From positions 1 through 42,427 of the IMG/VR virus record IMGVR_UViG_3300017785_004324: DNA of 42,427 bases, one strand, 5' to 3'. The position numbers were made by a program, and so were the translations under genes. The notes below the pieces were generated by a model that was not told where the DNA came from, searched no databases, and worked only from the letters and a program-made list of their open reading frames with translations. This DNA comes from a virus (Duplodnaviria; Caudoviricetes). Positions 21,110 to 29,592 of this stretch are shown one piece after another (the stretch's first letter is position 1; each line of letters starts with the position of its first letter).

Positions 21110-22897
21110 ATGATTATGCATTTTTTGAGTGGCTTGCCACGCAGTGGATCAACTGTTCTTTCTTCGTTATTGAATCAACATCCGCAAGTATATTCCACAA
21201 GTACAAGTGGTTTAGTTGAGATCATGGGTGCTGTTTGCACTACATGGGAGTCTTCTCCTGCCACTGTTGCTCAAGGCTCTGATAAAAGTGAAGCTCATAG
21301 AATGTTGAAATCCGTCATGGAAAGTAAATATAAGCATATATCCAAGCCAGTAATTGTCGATAAAAGTAGAGCATGGGTGAATCCAATAATAATGAAAACT
21401 ATGAGTGAAATTTTAGGAAGACCACCTAAAATTATAGCTACCGTTAGATCGACCACGGATTGTGCTGCATCATTTGTTCGTGTAGCAAAGCCAGATGATA
21501 TGAATGATTTTTTATCAAATTCCTCTTTGATTAAACATCTGAAGTCATCTTACACTCTACTTTCTGCTGGATTCAAAGAATTTCCAGAGAGTATTCTTTT
21601 TGTTGACTATGACGATCTTATTGCAAATCCACAGGCAGAAATGAATAGAATACATGATTTTTTGGGACTGGATAAGTATGAATATAATTTCCAGGAAATC
21701 GATACAAATGTTGTAGCAGAGAATGATGAAAAAGCCTGGGGTATTCCAAACCTCCATAAGATATCATCTAAACTGGAATATCAAAATAGCACAAGTAGCA
21801 AAGATGTTCTAGGGTATTATTTTGATTCGTTTGATCAACCTAAATTCTGGAAAGATTCCACAATAAAAATAGAAAAGAAAAAATTGGATTTATCAATAGA
21901 ATTGTTGGCGGAAGGAAAAATAGAAGATAGTTTTTATATTCTAACGCAAGCAAAATTAGAAAATCCAGAATGCAATAGAATAGCATTTAACATTGGTTGG
22001 CACTTGATAAGACAAAATAAATTACAGGAAGGTATGCAATGTCTTGCGAGGGGAAGATATGATAATTGTTTTGGCAATCCAAAACCAAATATTCCAACAG
22101 AGATATGGGACGGAAAAAGTAAAGGAAAAATTTTATATTATCTAGAGGGTGATATAGGTGATCAGATTCATGCACTTAAGTATGTGGATGACATAATCGA
22201 AAGGGGTTGTGAGGTTATTGTTGTATGTTCGCCAGAAATATTTAACATAGCAAAATTGTGTTCTGGTGTAAGTATGATTGTAAGTCATTTTTCCGTGAGT
22301 GGAATTTATCATGATTATTGGATTCCATCTATGTCTGTACTACTACCTCTAGGTTATGAGTTCAATAACATAAAGAAAAATAGCTATATTAAAAGTAGTA
22401 GAAATAAAACAAATAAAAGAAAAAAAATAGGATTGTGCTTGAATGATAATTATTGCAATAATAAACAAAATAGTAAATTATTATTCAATTCATTTTTAAA
22501 TAATTTAAAAAATACAGAGTACGATTTTATTTGTTTACAGGACAATGAACTTGAATATTCAAAATTTATTGAAAAACCAGAAATAAATAGTTGGATGGAT
22601 ATGGTGAAAAATATAGAGTTGTGTGACATCATTATATCCACCAGTTCAAGTGTGTCACATTTGTCTGGAGCCTTGGGTGTACAAACATGGGCAATAACTC
22701 CTCTTCTTTGCAATTATAATTGGTTATCTCAGAATGATGAAAGTCCGTATTACAAGTCTGTAATATTATTCAAGCAAAAGAAAGTGGATGATTTGGAATG
22801 TGTGTTGAATAAGATAGAAGAAAAGATAAAAAGCTTAAATAAAAATAACTGGAGAATGTCATGGCTAAATATGTTAAAGTTGAAAACAACGAAGTAA
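21110..22897 (+). CDS. Sulfotransferase-TPR-glycosyltransferase(GT-B/GT9-like) fusion protein
   Basis: 5'-PSB loop GLPRSGSTVLSSLLNQHP, DKSRAW; TPR-like middle; EGDIGDQI and SVSHLSGALG motifs. Confidence 0.75.
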   Translation: MIMHFLSGLPRSGSTVLSSLLNQHPQVYSTSTSGLVEIMGAVCTTWESSPATVAQGSDKSEAHRMLKSVMESKYKHISKPVIVDKSRAWVNPIIMKTMSEILGRPPKIIATVRSTTDCAASFVRVAKPDDMNDFLSNSSLIKHLKSSYTLLSAGFKEFPESILFVDYDDLIANPQAEMNRIHDFLGLDKYEYNFQEIDTNVVAENDEKAWGIPNLHKISSKLEYQNSTSSKDVLGYYFDSFDQPKFWKDSTIKIEKKKLDLSIELLAEGKIEDSFYILTQAKLENPECNRIAFNIGWHLIRQNKLQEGMQCLARGRYDNCFGNPKPNIPTEIWDGKSKGKILYYLEGDIGDQIHALKYVDDIIERGCEVIVVCSPEIFNIAKLCSGVSMIVSHFSVSGIYHDYWIPSMSVLLPLGYEFNNIKKNSYIKSSRNKTNKRKKIGLCLNDNYCNNKQNSKLLFNSFLNNLKNTEYDFICLQDNELEYSKFIEKPEINSWMDMVKNIELCDIIISTSSSVSHLSGALGVQTWAITPLLCNYNWLSQNDESPYYKSVILFKQKKVDDLECVLNKIEEKIKSLNKNNWRMSWLNMLKLKTTK

Positions 22898-23268
22898 TTG
22901 AGTGTTTGGATTATCTACCAGAAAATGCAGTTGGTGATTGGAGAGAAGCAATAGAAATTCAACCATCATTGATCCCAACAAGACAAATACGGGGATTTCA
23001 TTCATTTGATTTGACAAAGACTCCAGTTGAAATAATATGGTCTGTTATCAATCTAACTGTAGATGAAAGAAAAAATACTTTATTGGGTGAGCTTGATCAA
23101 AAATCATATGAGATAGTTCAGAAAGAACTAGTAAAGGAATTTGAGGGACAGAGTTCTAATTTTGAACTTGTGCAACAGGCAATATTTTTATATAGGAGCA
23201 AAAGAAATCAATTGCTGAGTTTTACCACACAAGAAGAAATAGACGCATTTTTACTAGAAACTCCTTGA
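22861..23268 (+). CDS. Hypothetical protein (possible fibre-assembly chaperone)
   Basis: GGAG RBS, upstream TTAAATA late-like box; last gene of the fibre module. Confidence 0.5.
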   Translation: MAKYVKVENNEVIECLDYLPENAVGDWREAIEIQPSLIPTRQIRGFHSFDLTKTPVEIIWSVINLTVDERKNTLLGELDQKSYEIVQKELVKEFEGQSSNFELVQQAIFLYRSKRNQLLSFTTQEEIDAFLLETP

Positions 23269-23293
23269 TACAAACAAATCAATAGATTATAAT
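23265..23293 (+). promoter_or_regulatory. Sigma70-type promoter
   Basis: TTGATA-N17-TATAAT, 7 nt before the dUTPase ATG. Confidence 0.75.
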
Positions 23294-23300
23294 ATTCAAA

Positions 23301-23816
23301 ATGAATCTTAAACTCCATAAATTATATTCAGATGTCCAAGACATCAATTATGCAACAAAAAATTCTGCTTGTTTTGACATATCAGCATATTTTCACTACC
23401 AGCAGTCATTCAAAACATATTCAACCGATAACAAAGAAATAACAGTTCTTGGTGTTCAAGATCAACACGGAAAAGCATATGTTGATCTTCCACCCGAGTG
23501 GAGAATACTCATTCCTACTGGTCTTGTTCTTGATATTCCAGACCAACATTGTGTTAAGATTTATCCAAGATCTGGTCTTTCTAGTAAAAAGGGATTGAAT
23601 CTAATCAATTGTGTTGGTATAATTGACTGTGATTATGTGGAGCAATTGTTCATTCCAATATACAACAACTCTCAAGAGAGAGTCAGGATCTATAGTGGCG
23701 ATAGAATTGCTCAGGGTGAACTTGTTCACCAGCCACAGGCAACATTCGAATATCTGAATGAACGGCCACAGAGAAAGAGTGATAGGAATGGTGGATTCGG
23801 ATCCACTGGAGTTTAA
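23301..23816 (+). CDS. dut: Trimeric dUTPase
   Basis: SACFDI, IPTGL, PRSGL, GIIDCDY, GDRIAQ, RNGGFGSTG. Confidence 0.95.
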   Translation: MNLKLHKLYSDVQDINYATKNSACFDISAYFHYQQSFKTYSTDNKEITVLGVQDQHGKAYVDLPPEWRILIPTGLVLDIPDQHCVKIYPRSGLSSKKGLNLINCVGIIDCDYVEQLFIPIYNNSQERVRIYSGDRIAQGELVHQPQATFEYLNERPQRKSDRNGGFGSTGV

Positions 23817-23817
23817 T

Positions 23818-24234
23818 ATGACCAGCAATGAACTATTCAAGATACACCAAAATCTATGCGAGGATGCTCTATCATTGATGGAGCGTAAGAACCACGACTA
23901 CGCTGGAAAGAGTGGCGTGGAACCATTTGCCAATTTCACACGTGCAGAGGCAATGGGAATCACCACAACCGAAAGAGGAATGATGGTCAGGATGCTTGAT
24001 AAGATGAGTCGTCTTTCATCATTCATGGATTCGAAGGAATTCAAGGTGGAGGATGAGAAGCTTCGGGACACCATTCTCGACCTCATCAATTATTCAGTTT
24101 TACTCTATTCATACCTTGAAGAGAAGAACGGAAAGCAGTATACTATAGTCGAACTGAACAATCCACTGCCAGAGGATGCATACGGAATGTATTCCAAGGG
24201 TGGAGTTGTTCCAAATACAATCGACACCATATGA
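23818..24234 (+). CDS. Nucleotide modification-associated domain 1 (DUF1599-like) protein
   Basis: KNHDY, PFANF, RMLDKMSRL, DT..DL.NY; start taken at MTSNEL. Confidence 0.65.
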   Translation: MTSNELFKIHQNLCEDALSLMERKNHDYAGKSGVEPFANFTRAEAMGITTTERGMMVRMLDKMSRLSSFMDSKEFKVEDEKLRDTILDLINYSVLLYSYLEEKNGKQYTIVELNNPLPEDAYGMYSKGGVVPNTIDTI

Positions 24235-25694
24235 AATTCTACACCCATGTATTCTACGATGGCAAGCAAATCTGTTATCGTGGAATTGAAGATAATCGAC
24301 ACACCGTCGATTCTTTTTCATATAGCCCATCCTTGTTTGTTCCAGTAAACAAGGAAACCAAGTACAAGACAATCGATGGTAGGAATGCAGAGAAGATGGA
24401 GTTCTCCAATCTCTATGAGATGAGTGAATTCAAGAAGACATACGATAATGTCTCTGGGTTTGATCTTCACGGGGACATCGGTGTCGAGTATCAATACATC
24501 GCGGATGTACATAAGGGGAATGTCGAGTATGACTTCTCCAAGATCAACATCATGTACATCGACATTGAAACCACATGTGAAGATGGCTTCCCAGAGATTG
24601 CAAATCCCAAGGAAAAGATCATCGCCATCACTTGCATGATGAACAATCGAAAGATGGTTTTCTGTCTGGGGGAATTCACCACAGAAGATCCAACTATCAA
24701 TGTAAGGGAGTATGATGATGAATCTCAACTTCTTTATGACTTCGTTGATTATTTCAAGAACACTAAACCCGATATCATCACTGGATGGAATGTTCGATTC
24801 TTTGATATTCCATACATTGTGAATCGTCTAAAGGAGATCGATATCGATCCCAGAAGTCTCTCACCTTGGAATATTCTCAAGGAGAAGAAGATTGAAAAGA
24901 GTGGAAAGGAATACCTTGCATACGATGTTGTTGGAATTTCCATCATTGACTACTATGAACTCTACAAGACATTCACCTATGTGAATCAGGAATCTTATCG
25001 TCTTGATCACATTGCTTGGGTGGAGTTGGGTGAGAGAAAGATCTCGTATACTGAGTATGACAGCATCTCAGACTTCTATAAGAAGAATTTTCAGAAGTTC
25101 ATCGAATACAACATCAAGGATGTTCTTCTGGTCGAGAGACTGGAACAAAAGATGAAACTGATGGAACTCGCGGTTGCACTTGCATATTCTGCTGGTGTCA
25201 ATTTCAATGATGTGTTCTCTCAGGTTCGTACATGGGATGTCATCATCTACAACCATCTGATGAAGCGTGGTGTGGTTGTTCCACCGAAGAAGATTAGTTC
25301 CAAGGATGCTCAATATGCTGGTGCATATGTCAAGGAGCCAATCGTTGGAATGCACAACTGGGTAGTCTCCTTTGACATTGCAAGCATGTATCCATCATCG
25401 ATCATGCAATACAATATCTCACCAGAGACATTTGTGGATCAGATCTCGACAAGACCGAAGGCAACTGATATAATCAATCCATCGGAAAGCATGAAGAATC
25501 TATTTGCTGAGTGTAGGGATAATAATCTATCTCTTACCGCAAATGGTGCTTGCTTCACAACGGAGAAGCACGGATTTCTCCCAGAACTGATGGATAAGAT
25601 GTTCAAGGAACGAAAGATGTACAAGAATCAAATGCTTGACGCGAAGAAGAAGTTGGAAGCAGTCGAGGCAGAGATCAAGCGAAGGGGTCTATGA
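24231..25694 (+). CDS. gp43: Split family-B DNA polymerase, N-terminal part (gp43A: exonuclease, motif A, first fingers helix)
   Basis: ExoI DIETT, ExoII GWNVRFFD, ExoIII YNIKD, YAGAYV, motif A SFDIASMYPS, NISPET, GFLPELM; stops in the fingers domain. Confidence 0.95.
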   Translation: MKFYTHVFYDGKQICYRGIEDNRHTVDSFSYSPSLFVPVNKETKYKTIDGRNAEKMEFSNLYEMSEFKKTYDNVSGFDLHGDIGVEYQYIADVHKGNVEYDFSKINIMYIDIETTCEDGFPEIANPKEKIIAITCMMNNRKMVFCLGEFTTEDPTINVREYDDESQLLYDFVDYFKNTKPDIITGWNVRFFDIPYIVNRLKEIDIDPRSLSPWNILKEKKIEKSGKEYLAYDVVGISIIDYYELYKTFTYVNQESYRLDHIAWVELGERKISYTEYDSISDFYKKNFQKFIEYNIKDVLLVERLEQKMKLMELAVALAYSAGVNFNDVFSQVRTWDVIIYNHLMKRGVVVPPKKISSKDAQYAGAYVKEPIVGMHNWVVSFDIASMYPSSIMQYNISPETFVDQISTRPKATDIINPSESMKNLFAECRDNNLSLTANGACFTTEKHGFLPELMDKMFKERKMYKNQMLDAKKKLEAVEAEIKRRGL

Positions 25695-26242
25695 TGAATG
25701 TGATCGACTATTACAAGGACTGGGAAGCAACTGCGATTCTTGGTGATCTCAACACTAAGCGCAACAATTTCACCGTGATTGCAAGCAATCTTGAGAATGA
25801 TTTCAATATCGCCACATGCATTCGAAATTCAAATGCATTCATGGCATCAGAGGTTTGGATCTACGGTCGCAAGCAGTATGATCGCCGTGGAACGGTTGGA
25901 ACCCATCATTACACAAATTTAAAGCATGTGAAGACAATTGATAATGTTCATGATGCATTGAATGAACTACGAATGAAGCATGGGAACATTTGCATTGTTG
26001 GGATGGATAATATCGACAGGGCTACGAATATCAATCACTATGCATGGGATGAGCATACCCATACTGTTATGGTGTTTGGACAGGAGAAGAATGGAATTCC
26101 ACAGGAACTCCTGGATATTTGCGATCATGTGGTCTACATTCCACAGTATGGAAGTGTTCGTAGTCTGAATGTAGGCACTGCAAGTGGTATTGCAATGCAC
26201 TCATATTGCAGTTATGTACTTGACAGGATTCATGAACATTGA
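25691..26242 (+). CDS. SpoU/TrmH-family RNA 2'-O-methyltransferase
   Basis: N.AT.IR, FGQEKNGI, YIPQYGSVRSLNVGTASGIA SPOUT motifs. Confidence 0.9.
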   Translation: MMNVIDYYKDWEATAILGDLNTKRNNFTVIASNLENDFNIATCIRNSNAFMASEVWIYGRKQYDRRGTVGTHHYTNLKHVKTIDNVHDALNELRMKHGNICIVGMDNIDRATNINHYAWDEHTHTVMVFGQEKNGIPQELLDICDHVVYIPQYGSVRSLNVGTASGIAMHSYCSYVLDRIHEH

Positions 26243-26248
26243 TATAAT
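26220..26248 (+). promoter_or_regulatory. Perfect consensus sigma70 promoter
   Basis: TTGACA-N17-TATAAT upstream of a small basic ORF and tRNAs. Confidence 0.9.
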
Positions 26249-26265
26249 TTGGGAGGAGGTAGCAC

Positions 26266-26358
26266 ATGTCACGACCACAAGCACGGACAAAGTGCCGACG
26301 ACGAAGAAAGATCGGCAGCAAGAAGCGTCGAGCACGAAAGCTTGCATTGAAGAATTGA
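26266..26358 (+). CDS. 30-aa Arg/Lys-rich peptide MSRPQARTKCRRRRKIGSKKRRARKLALKN
   Basis: GGAGGAGGT Shine-Dalgarno directly after a consensus promoter; not in the ORF track. Confidence 0.75.
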   Translation: MSRPQARTKCRRRRKIGSKKRRARKLALKN

Positions 26359-26363
26359 TAGGA

Positions 26364-26434
26364 TACCCCGTGATGTAACGGTAGCATAGGAGATTCTGAT
26401 TCTTTTTGTCCTAGTTCGAATCTAGGCGGGGTAA
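26364..26434 (+). tRNA. tRNA-Gln(CUG)
   Basis: Acceptor TACCCCG/CGGGGTA, anticodon loop TT-CTG-AT, T arm CCTAG-TTCGAAT-CTAGG; CCA not encoded. Confidence 0.92.
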
Positions 26435-26437
26435 TAC

Positions 26438-26522
26438 GGGATTGTGGCGAAACTGACGAAACGCAAGGCACTTAAAATGCCTCACTTAAGAAACACTGTG
26501 GGTTTGAATCCCACCAATCCCA
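26438..26522 (+). tRNA. tRNA-Leu(UAA)
   Basis: Acceptor GGGATTG/CAATCCC, AGGCA-CTTAAAA-TGCCT, long variable region, T loop TTTGAAT. Confidence 0.88.
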
Positions 26523-26528
26523 TTTAAA

Positions 26529-26564
26529 AGCAGACGAAGTATATATAGTATAGGAGCGTCTGCT
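26529..26564 (+). promoter_or_regulatory. RBS-blocking hairpin enclosing a late-promoter-like box
   Basis: AGCAGACG/CGTCTGCT 8-bp stem ending at the HNH ATG; loop holds TATATATA and AGGAG. Confidence 0.65.
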
Positions 26565-27032
26565 ATGAGATATAATAGAATAAAACAATTAGGCAAAGAT
26601 AAATTTCAGGAATACGCAAATCAAGTTTTTTCTATAGCACAAATGTTGGAAAAACTTGGTTATAGCAATAAAGCTGGTGGTTCTTATCATGTGGTTAAAA
26701 AATATTTACAAGAATACCAGATAGATACTTCCCATTGGACTGGACAGGGATGGAGTAAGGGACAACAATTAAAAGATTGGTCGCAATATAACTCATATAA
26801 GAGTTCCAAAAAACATCTTATCACCGAAAGATCGCATAGATGTGAATTGTGTGGATTAACAGACTGGCGTGAATCTTCTATTCCATTAGAGGTTCACCAT
26901 AAAGATGGTAATAGAACAAATAATGAATATGATAATTTACAATTGCTTTGTCCAAACTGTCATGCTCTGACGGATACTTGGAAAGGTAAAGGTAAAAAAC
27001 ATCAAAGTGGTGGAACTGGTATACACGATTGA
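26565..27032 (+). CDS. Free-standing HNH homing endonuclease
   Basis: CELCG, LEVHHKDGNRTNN..NLQLLCPNCH; N-terminal IDTSHW.GQGW module. Confidence 0.9.
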   Translation: MRYNRIKQLGKDKFQEYANQVFSIAQMLEKLGYSNKAGGSYHVVKKYLQEYQIDTSHWTGQGWSKGQQLKDWSQYNSYKSSKKHLITERSHRCELCGLTDWRESSIPLEVHHKDGNRTNNEYDNLQLLCPNCHALTDTWKGKGKKHQSGGTGIHD

Positions 27033-27082
27033 TTCAAAATCAATTGCCTAACGGCATGTGGGTTCGATTCCCACCTTTGGTA
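27001..27082 (+). tRNA. tRNA-Leu(CAA)
   Basis: Acceptor ATCAAAG/CTTTGGT, ATTGA-TTCAAAA-TCAAT, variable arm TGCC/GGCA, GTGGG-TTCGATT-CCCAC. Confidence 0.9.
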
Positions 27083-27084
27083 TT

Positions 27085-27378
27085 ATGGAAATTGAAGACA
27101 TTCTCATGCGTAATGAGCAACTTGTTTTGGAGAACGAAGCTCTTCGTCAGCAAATCGAAGATCTCAAGAATGGCTTCGAGGGCTGTTGTCCTGCTTGTGA
27201 ACCCGTTGGTGGGATGAACAAGAAGTTGCGCGAGGAGCGCGACGAGGCTCGTCGCCTGTACTGTGAGGAGTTGGCATTCACAATCGAACTTGAGCGTGGC
27301 GAAGCAGGAAACCCTCTCGACCTTGCAGCGGAGAAGGGTTGGGGTGGACTCTATCAAAAGGAAGAATCGGATGAGTGA
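27085..27378 (+). CDS. Hypothetical protein with ERDEARR module
   Basis: MEIEDIL... coiled coil, C..CE.VG..N, LREERDEARR..A...GW. Confidence 0.65.
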   Translation: MEIEDILMRNEQLVLENEALRQQIEDLKNGFEGCCPACEPVGGMNKKLREERDEARRLYCEELAFTIELERGEAGNPLDLAAEKGWGGLYQKEESDE

Positions 27379-27532
27379 TCGTCATGTCATATGGGAACAA
27401 CACTACATCTCACTTTGGAGTGATGGGGAAATCGGTGTGTCTGATGGTGTTGGATATGTCGGAACGATTGGTGCAGAGGAAACCCGTGAACTATACGAAG
27501 TGCTTCGCAAGCATTATGGAGATGATAAATGA
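27371..27532 (+). CDS. Small hypothetical protein
   Basis: MSDRHVIW...; overlaps both neighbouring genes in operon style. Confidence 0.55.
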   Translation: MSDRHVIWEQHYISLWSDGEIGVSDGVGYVGTIGAEETRELYEVLRKHYGDDK

Positions 27533-27972
27533 GTAAGAAACCCACAAAGCAAGAACTCATCGACCATGTTGAATCACTCGTTGCAAAATGCGAGGAACTG
27601 ACCCGTGAGCGCGACGAAGCAAGGTGGGAAGTCTGTGGTTTTCATCACTTGACGGGATTCCTTGCGGGTGACTATGCCATCTCCCGTGGTTGGGATTACT
27701 TCAATGATGAAAGAAAGTGGCAAAAGTTTCCGCCATCGGTAACTGATTTCAAAGAGTTCCTGAAGGCTCATTCAGAGGAAGATCTCAAAACCATTGAGCG
27801 ACTACGGGAAGAGCGCGACGAGGCTCGGCGCTGCGCTTGCGCGACGGCATTGCCTTCGAACTATAAGGAATGGGAATCGCAGGACATCGACGCGGCGATG
27901 CAACTGATTGCACAGCAGCAGGGGTGGGACTGTTTCAAGGAGAACACCGACTACCTACAGGATTTAGGATAA
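27529..27972 (+). CDS. Hypothetical protein with two ERDEAR(R/W)...GWD modules
   Basis: GGAG RBS, ATGA overlap, internal duplication. Confidence 0.7.
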   Translation: MSKKPTKQELIDHVESLVAKCEELTRERDEARWEVCGFHHLTGFLAGDYAISRGWDYFNDERKWQKFPPSVTDFKEFLKAHSEEDLKTIERLREERDEARRCACATALPSNYKEWESQDIDAAMQLIAQQQGWDCFKENTDYLQDLG

Positions 27973-28236
27973 GGCATGAGCGGATCAATCTTCTTGGGGA
28001 ATATTCACCATGCTTACGCACAGACGGACGGAACCTACGCATTTCCAAACAGCCGAGAGGGCGACATGTTGAAGCAAGCCGTGCGCGAACTTGCCGCGAT
28101 GCGGGAGGAGCGCGACGAAGCGAGGAGACTGTATCTCGCCAGTAATTTCAACGAAGACAAGATCATCGCTGAAATGCGCCGCAACAAATGGGACTGTTTC
28201 AAGGAGAACACTGACTACCTACAGGATTTAGGATAA
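27925..28236 (+). repeat. 48-bp direct repeat (27925-27972 and 28189-28236, one mismatch)
   Basis: tgggactgtttcaaggagaacac(c/t)gactacctacaggatttaggataa ends two consecutive genes. Confidence 0.95.
27976..28236 (+). CDS. Hypothetical protein with ERDEARR module
   Basis: MREERDEARR...WDCFKENTDYLQDLG, C-terminus identical to the upstream gene. Confidence 0.65.
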   Translation: MSGSIFLGNIHHAYAQTDGTYAFPNSREGDMLKQAVRELAAMREERDEARRLYLASNFNEDKIIAEMRRNKWDCFKENTDYLQDLG

Positions 28237-28240
28237 TACC

Positions 28241-28405
28241 ATGAACAAGAGAAATATAATCGTACTAGCAACCCTTGCAGTCCTCCTCATCATCGTGATT
28301 GTGATGAACATGGGCGGCGATACCGATTCCGCAGACATTCGACCCGTTGCGGAAGGTTCGGTTAAAGCACCAGGGTCGGGAATCAAGATTGGAAACACAC
28401 AATGA
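28241..28405 (+). CDS. Small membrane-anchored/secreted protein (54 aa)
   Basis: MNKRN plus hydrophobic IIVLATLAVLLIIVIV; AGGA RBS; ATGA overlap with the next gene. Confidence 0.6.
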   Translation: MNKRNIIVLATLAVLLIIVIVMNMGGDTDSADIRPVAEGSVKAPGSGIKIGNTQ

Positions 28406-29037
28406 TTAAGACACTAATCGCAACAACCCTAATCGCAACTTCGGCACACGCAGAACTCTGCACCTTCGAGAACCTTCCTGCTCCCACGCTAGCCGAGGGC
28501 AACTCAGGATTCTATGTTGGCGCGGTGGGCAATTACGAAGGATTCAACTTCACCAGTGCATATCAGACCAACAACAATGTATATTCCTTCTTGAACAACA
28601 AGTGGGCATACTACGACCTCGTTGGTGGATCAGGATATTTTGGCTTCGACGAAGGCATCGTCGGAGATCGTGCGCTCTTCACTCCGTGGTCTTCTAATTC
28701 CTCCTACGACTATCGCATCAACCGCAATGAGTTGTGGAGGCTGAACAGCCTTGAAGTCACATCAATCTATAACAACATGACCGTGGTTATCGAAGGCTAC
28801 CGCTATGGGGTGGGTGTATTCACATACACAGCACAACTTTCCACGGCACAGCGAGTGAAACTCCTAATCTCCAATGTCTACCCTGGTCCGCTGAACAACA
28901 TCACGGAAATCAAGGTGTATGGTGCAGGGGTTGGTACTCATCTTGCCATCGACAACATTGACTATACGATTGTCCCTGCTCCATCGGCACTTGCGCTGAT
29001 CGGGATTGCTATGATTGGTGTTCGGAGGCGACGATGA
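28402..29037 (+). CDS. PEP-CTERM sorting-domain protein
   Basis: Signal peptide (..TSAHA) and C-terminal VPAPSALALIGIAMIGVRRRR. Confidence 0.88.
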   Translation: MIKTLIATTLIATSAHAELCTFENLPAPTLAEGNSGFYVGAVGNYEGFNFTSAYQTNNNVYSFLNNKWAYYDLVGGSGYFGFDEGIVGDRALFTPWSSNSSYDYRINRNELWRLNSLEVTSIYNNMTVVIEGYRYGVGVFTYTAQLSTAQRVKLLISNVYPGPLNNITEIKVYGAGVGTHLAIDNIDYTIVPAPSALALIGIAMIGVRRRR

Positions 29038-29246
29038 ACCGAGAACGCTACATCGAACTCGACAACAGCGGCAAGGGACTTACCGAGGAGGAGTACAATC
29101 AGGGTTGGCACTGGTGCGGCGAGTGGGACGATATGCTCGTAGGACCAGGAACGATTGAGGCAACGGTCTGTTCCTGCAACCATCGGAAGATTGAGGAGTG
29201 GAAGCAATCGGAGGAAGGGCAGCGAATGTTGAGAGAAGAAGCATGA
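29034..29246 (+). CDS. Hypothetical protein
   Basis: ATGA overlap with GGAGG RBS; LT.EE...GWHWC.EWD...C.C motif. Confidence 0.6.
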   Translation: MNRERYIELDNSGKGLTEEEYNQGWHWCGEWDDMLVGPGTIEATVCSCNHRKIEEWKQSEEGQRMLREEA

Positions 29247-29270
29247 TAAATAATCATAGATGATGTACCT

Positions 29271-29522
29271 ATGAAAAAAGATCTTAAGCAAGCGAAGAAA
29301 AACGCAGAGCATATTGCAAAGATCAAGATTGACAATGGTTGCTCAAAGTGTGGATATAAACTTCATCCAGCAGCATTGGAATTCCATCACTTGCAGGATA
29401 AGAAGCATAATATATCCAGAATAGCAAGATCTGGAGTTCCTCAGAATGTGCTTGACGAAGAGATAAAAAAGTGTATAATACTGTGCGCCAACTGCCATAG
29501 AGTTGAGCATTCAAAGCCCTAA
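29271..29522 (+). CDS. Small HNH endonuclease
   Basis: CSKCG, LEFHH, EIKKC..LCANCHR..H; preceded by GATAAATA at 29245. Confidence 0.85.
   Translation: MKKDLKQAKKNAEHIAKIKIDNGCSKCGYKLHPAALEFHHLQDKKHNISRIARSGVPQNVLDEEIKKCIILCANCHRVEHSKP
29452..29479 (+). promoter_or_regulatory. Sigma70-type promoter inside the HNH gene, upstream of the second tRNA cluster
   Basis: TTGACG-N16-TATAAT. Confidence 0.65.
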
Positions 29523-29589
29523 TAGATTAACTGGCTAAATCCCTGCCCTTTCAAGGCAGTGAGTCGGGGTTCGAGTCCCCGTTAGGGTA
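29516..29589 (+). tRNA. tRNA-Glu(UUC)
   Basis: GCCCTAA/TTAGGGT, CTGCC-CTTTCAA-GGCAG, CGGGG-TTCGAGT-CCCCG. Confidence 0.92.
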
Positions 29590-29592
29590 TTT

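Noticed and set aside
27925-28236. CRISPR array or att site from the 48-bp repeat
   Set aside because: Only two copies, both coding, 264 bp apart; no cas or integrase gene in the window
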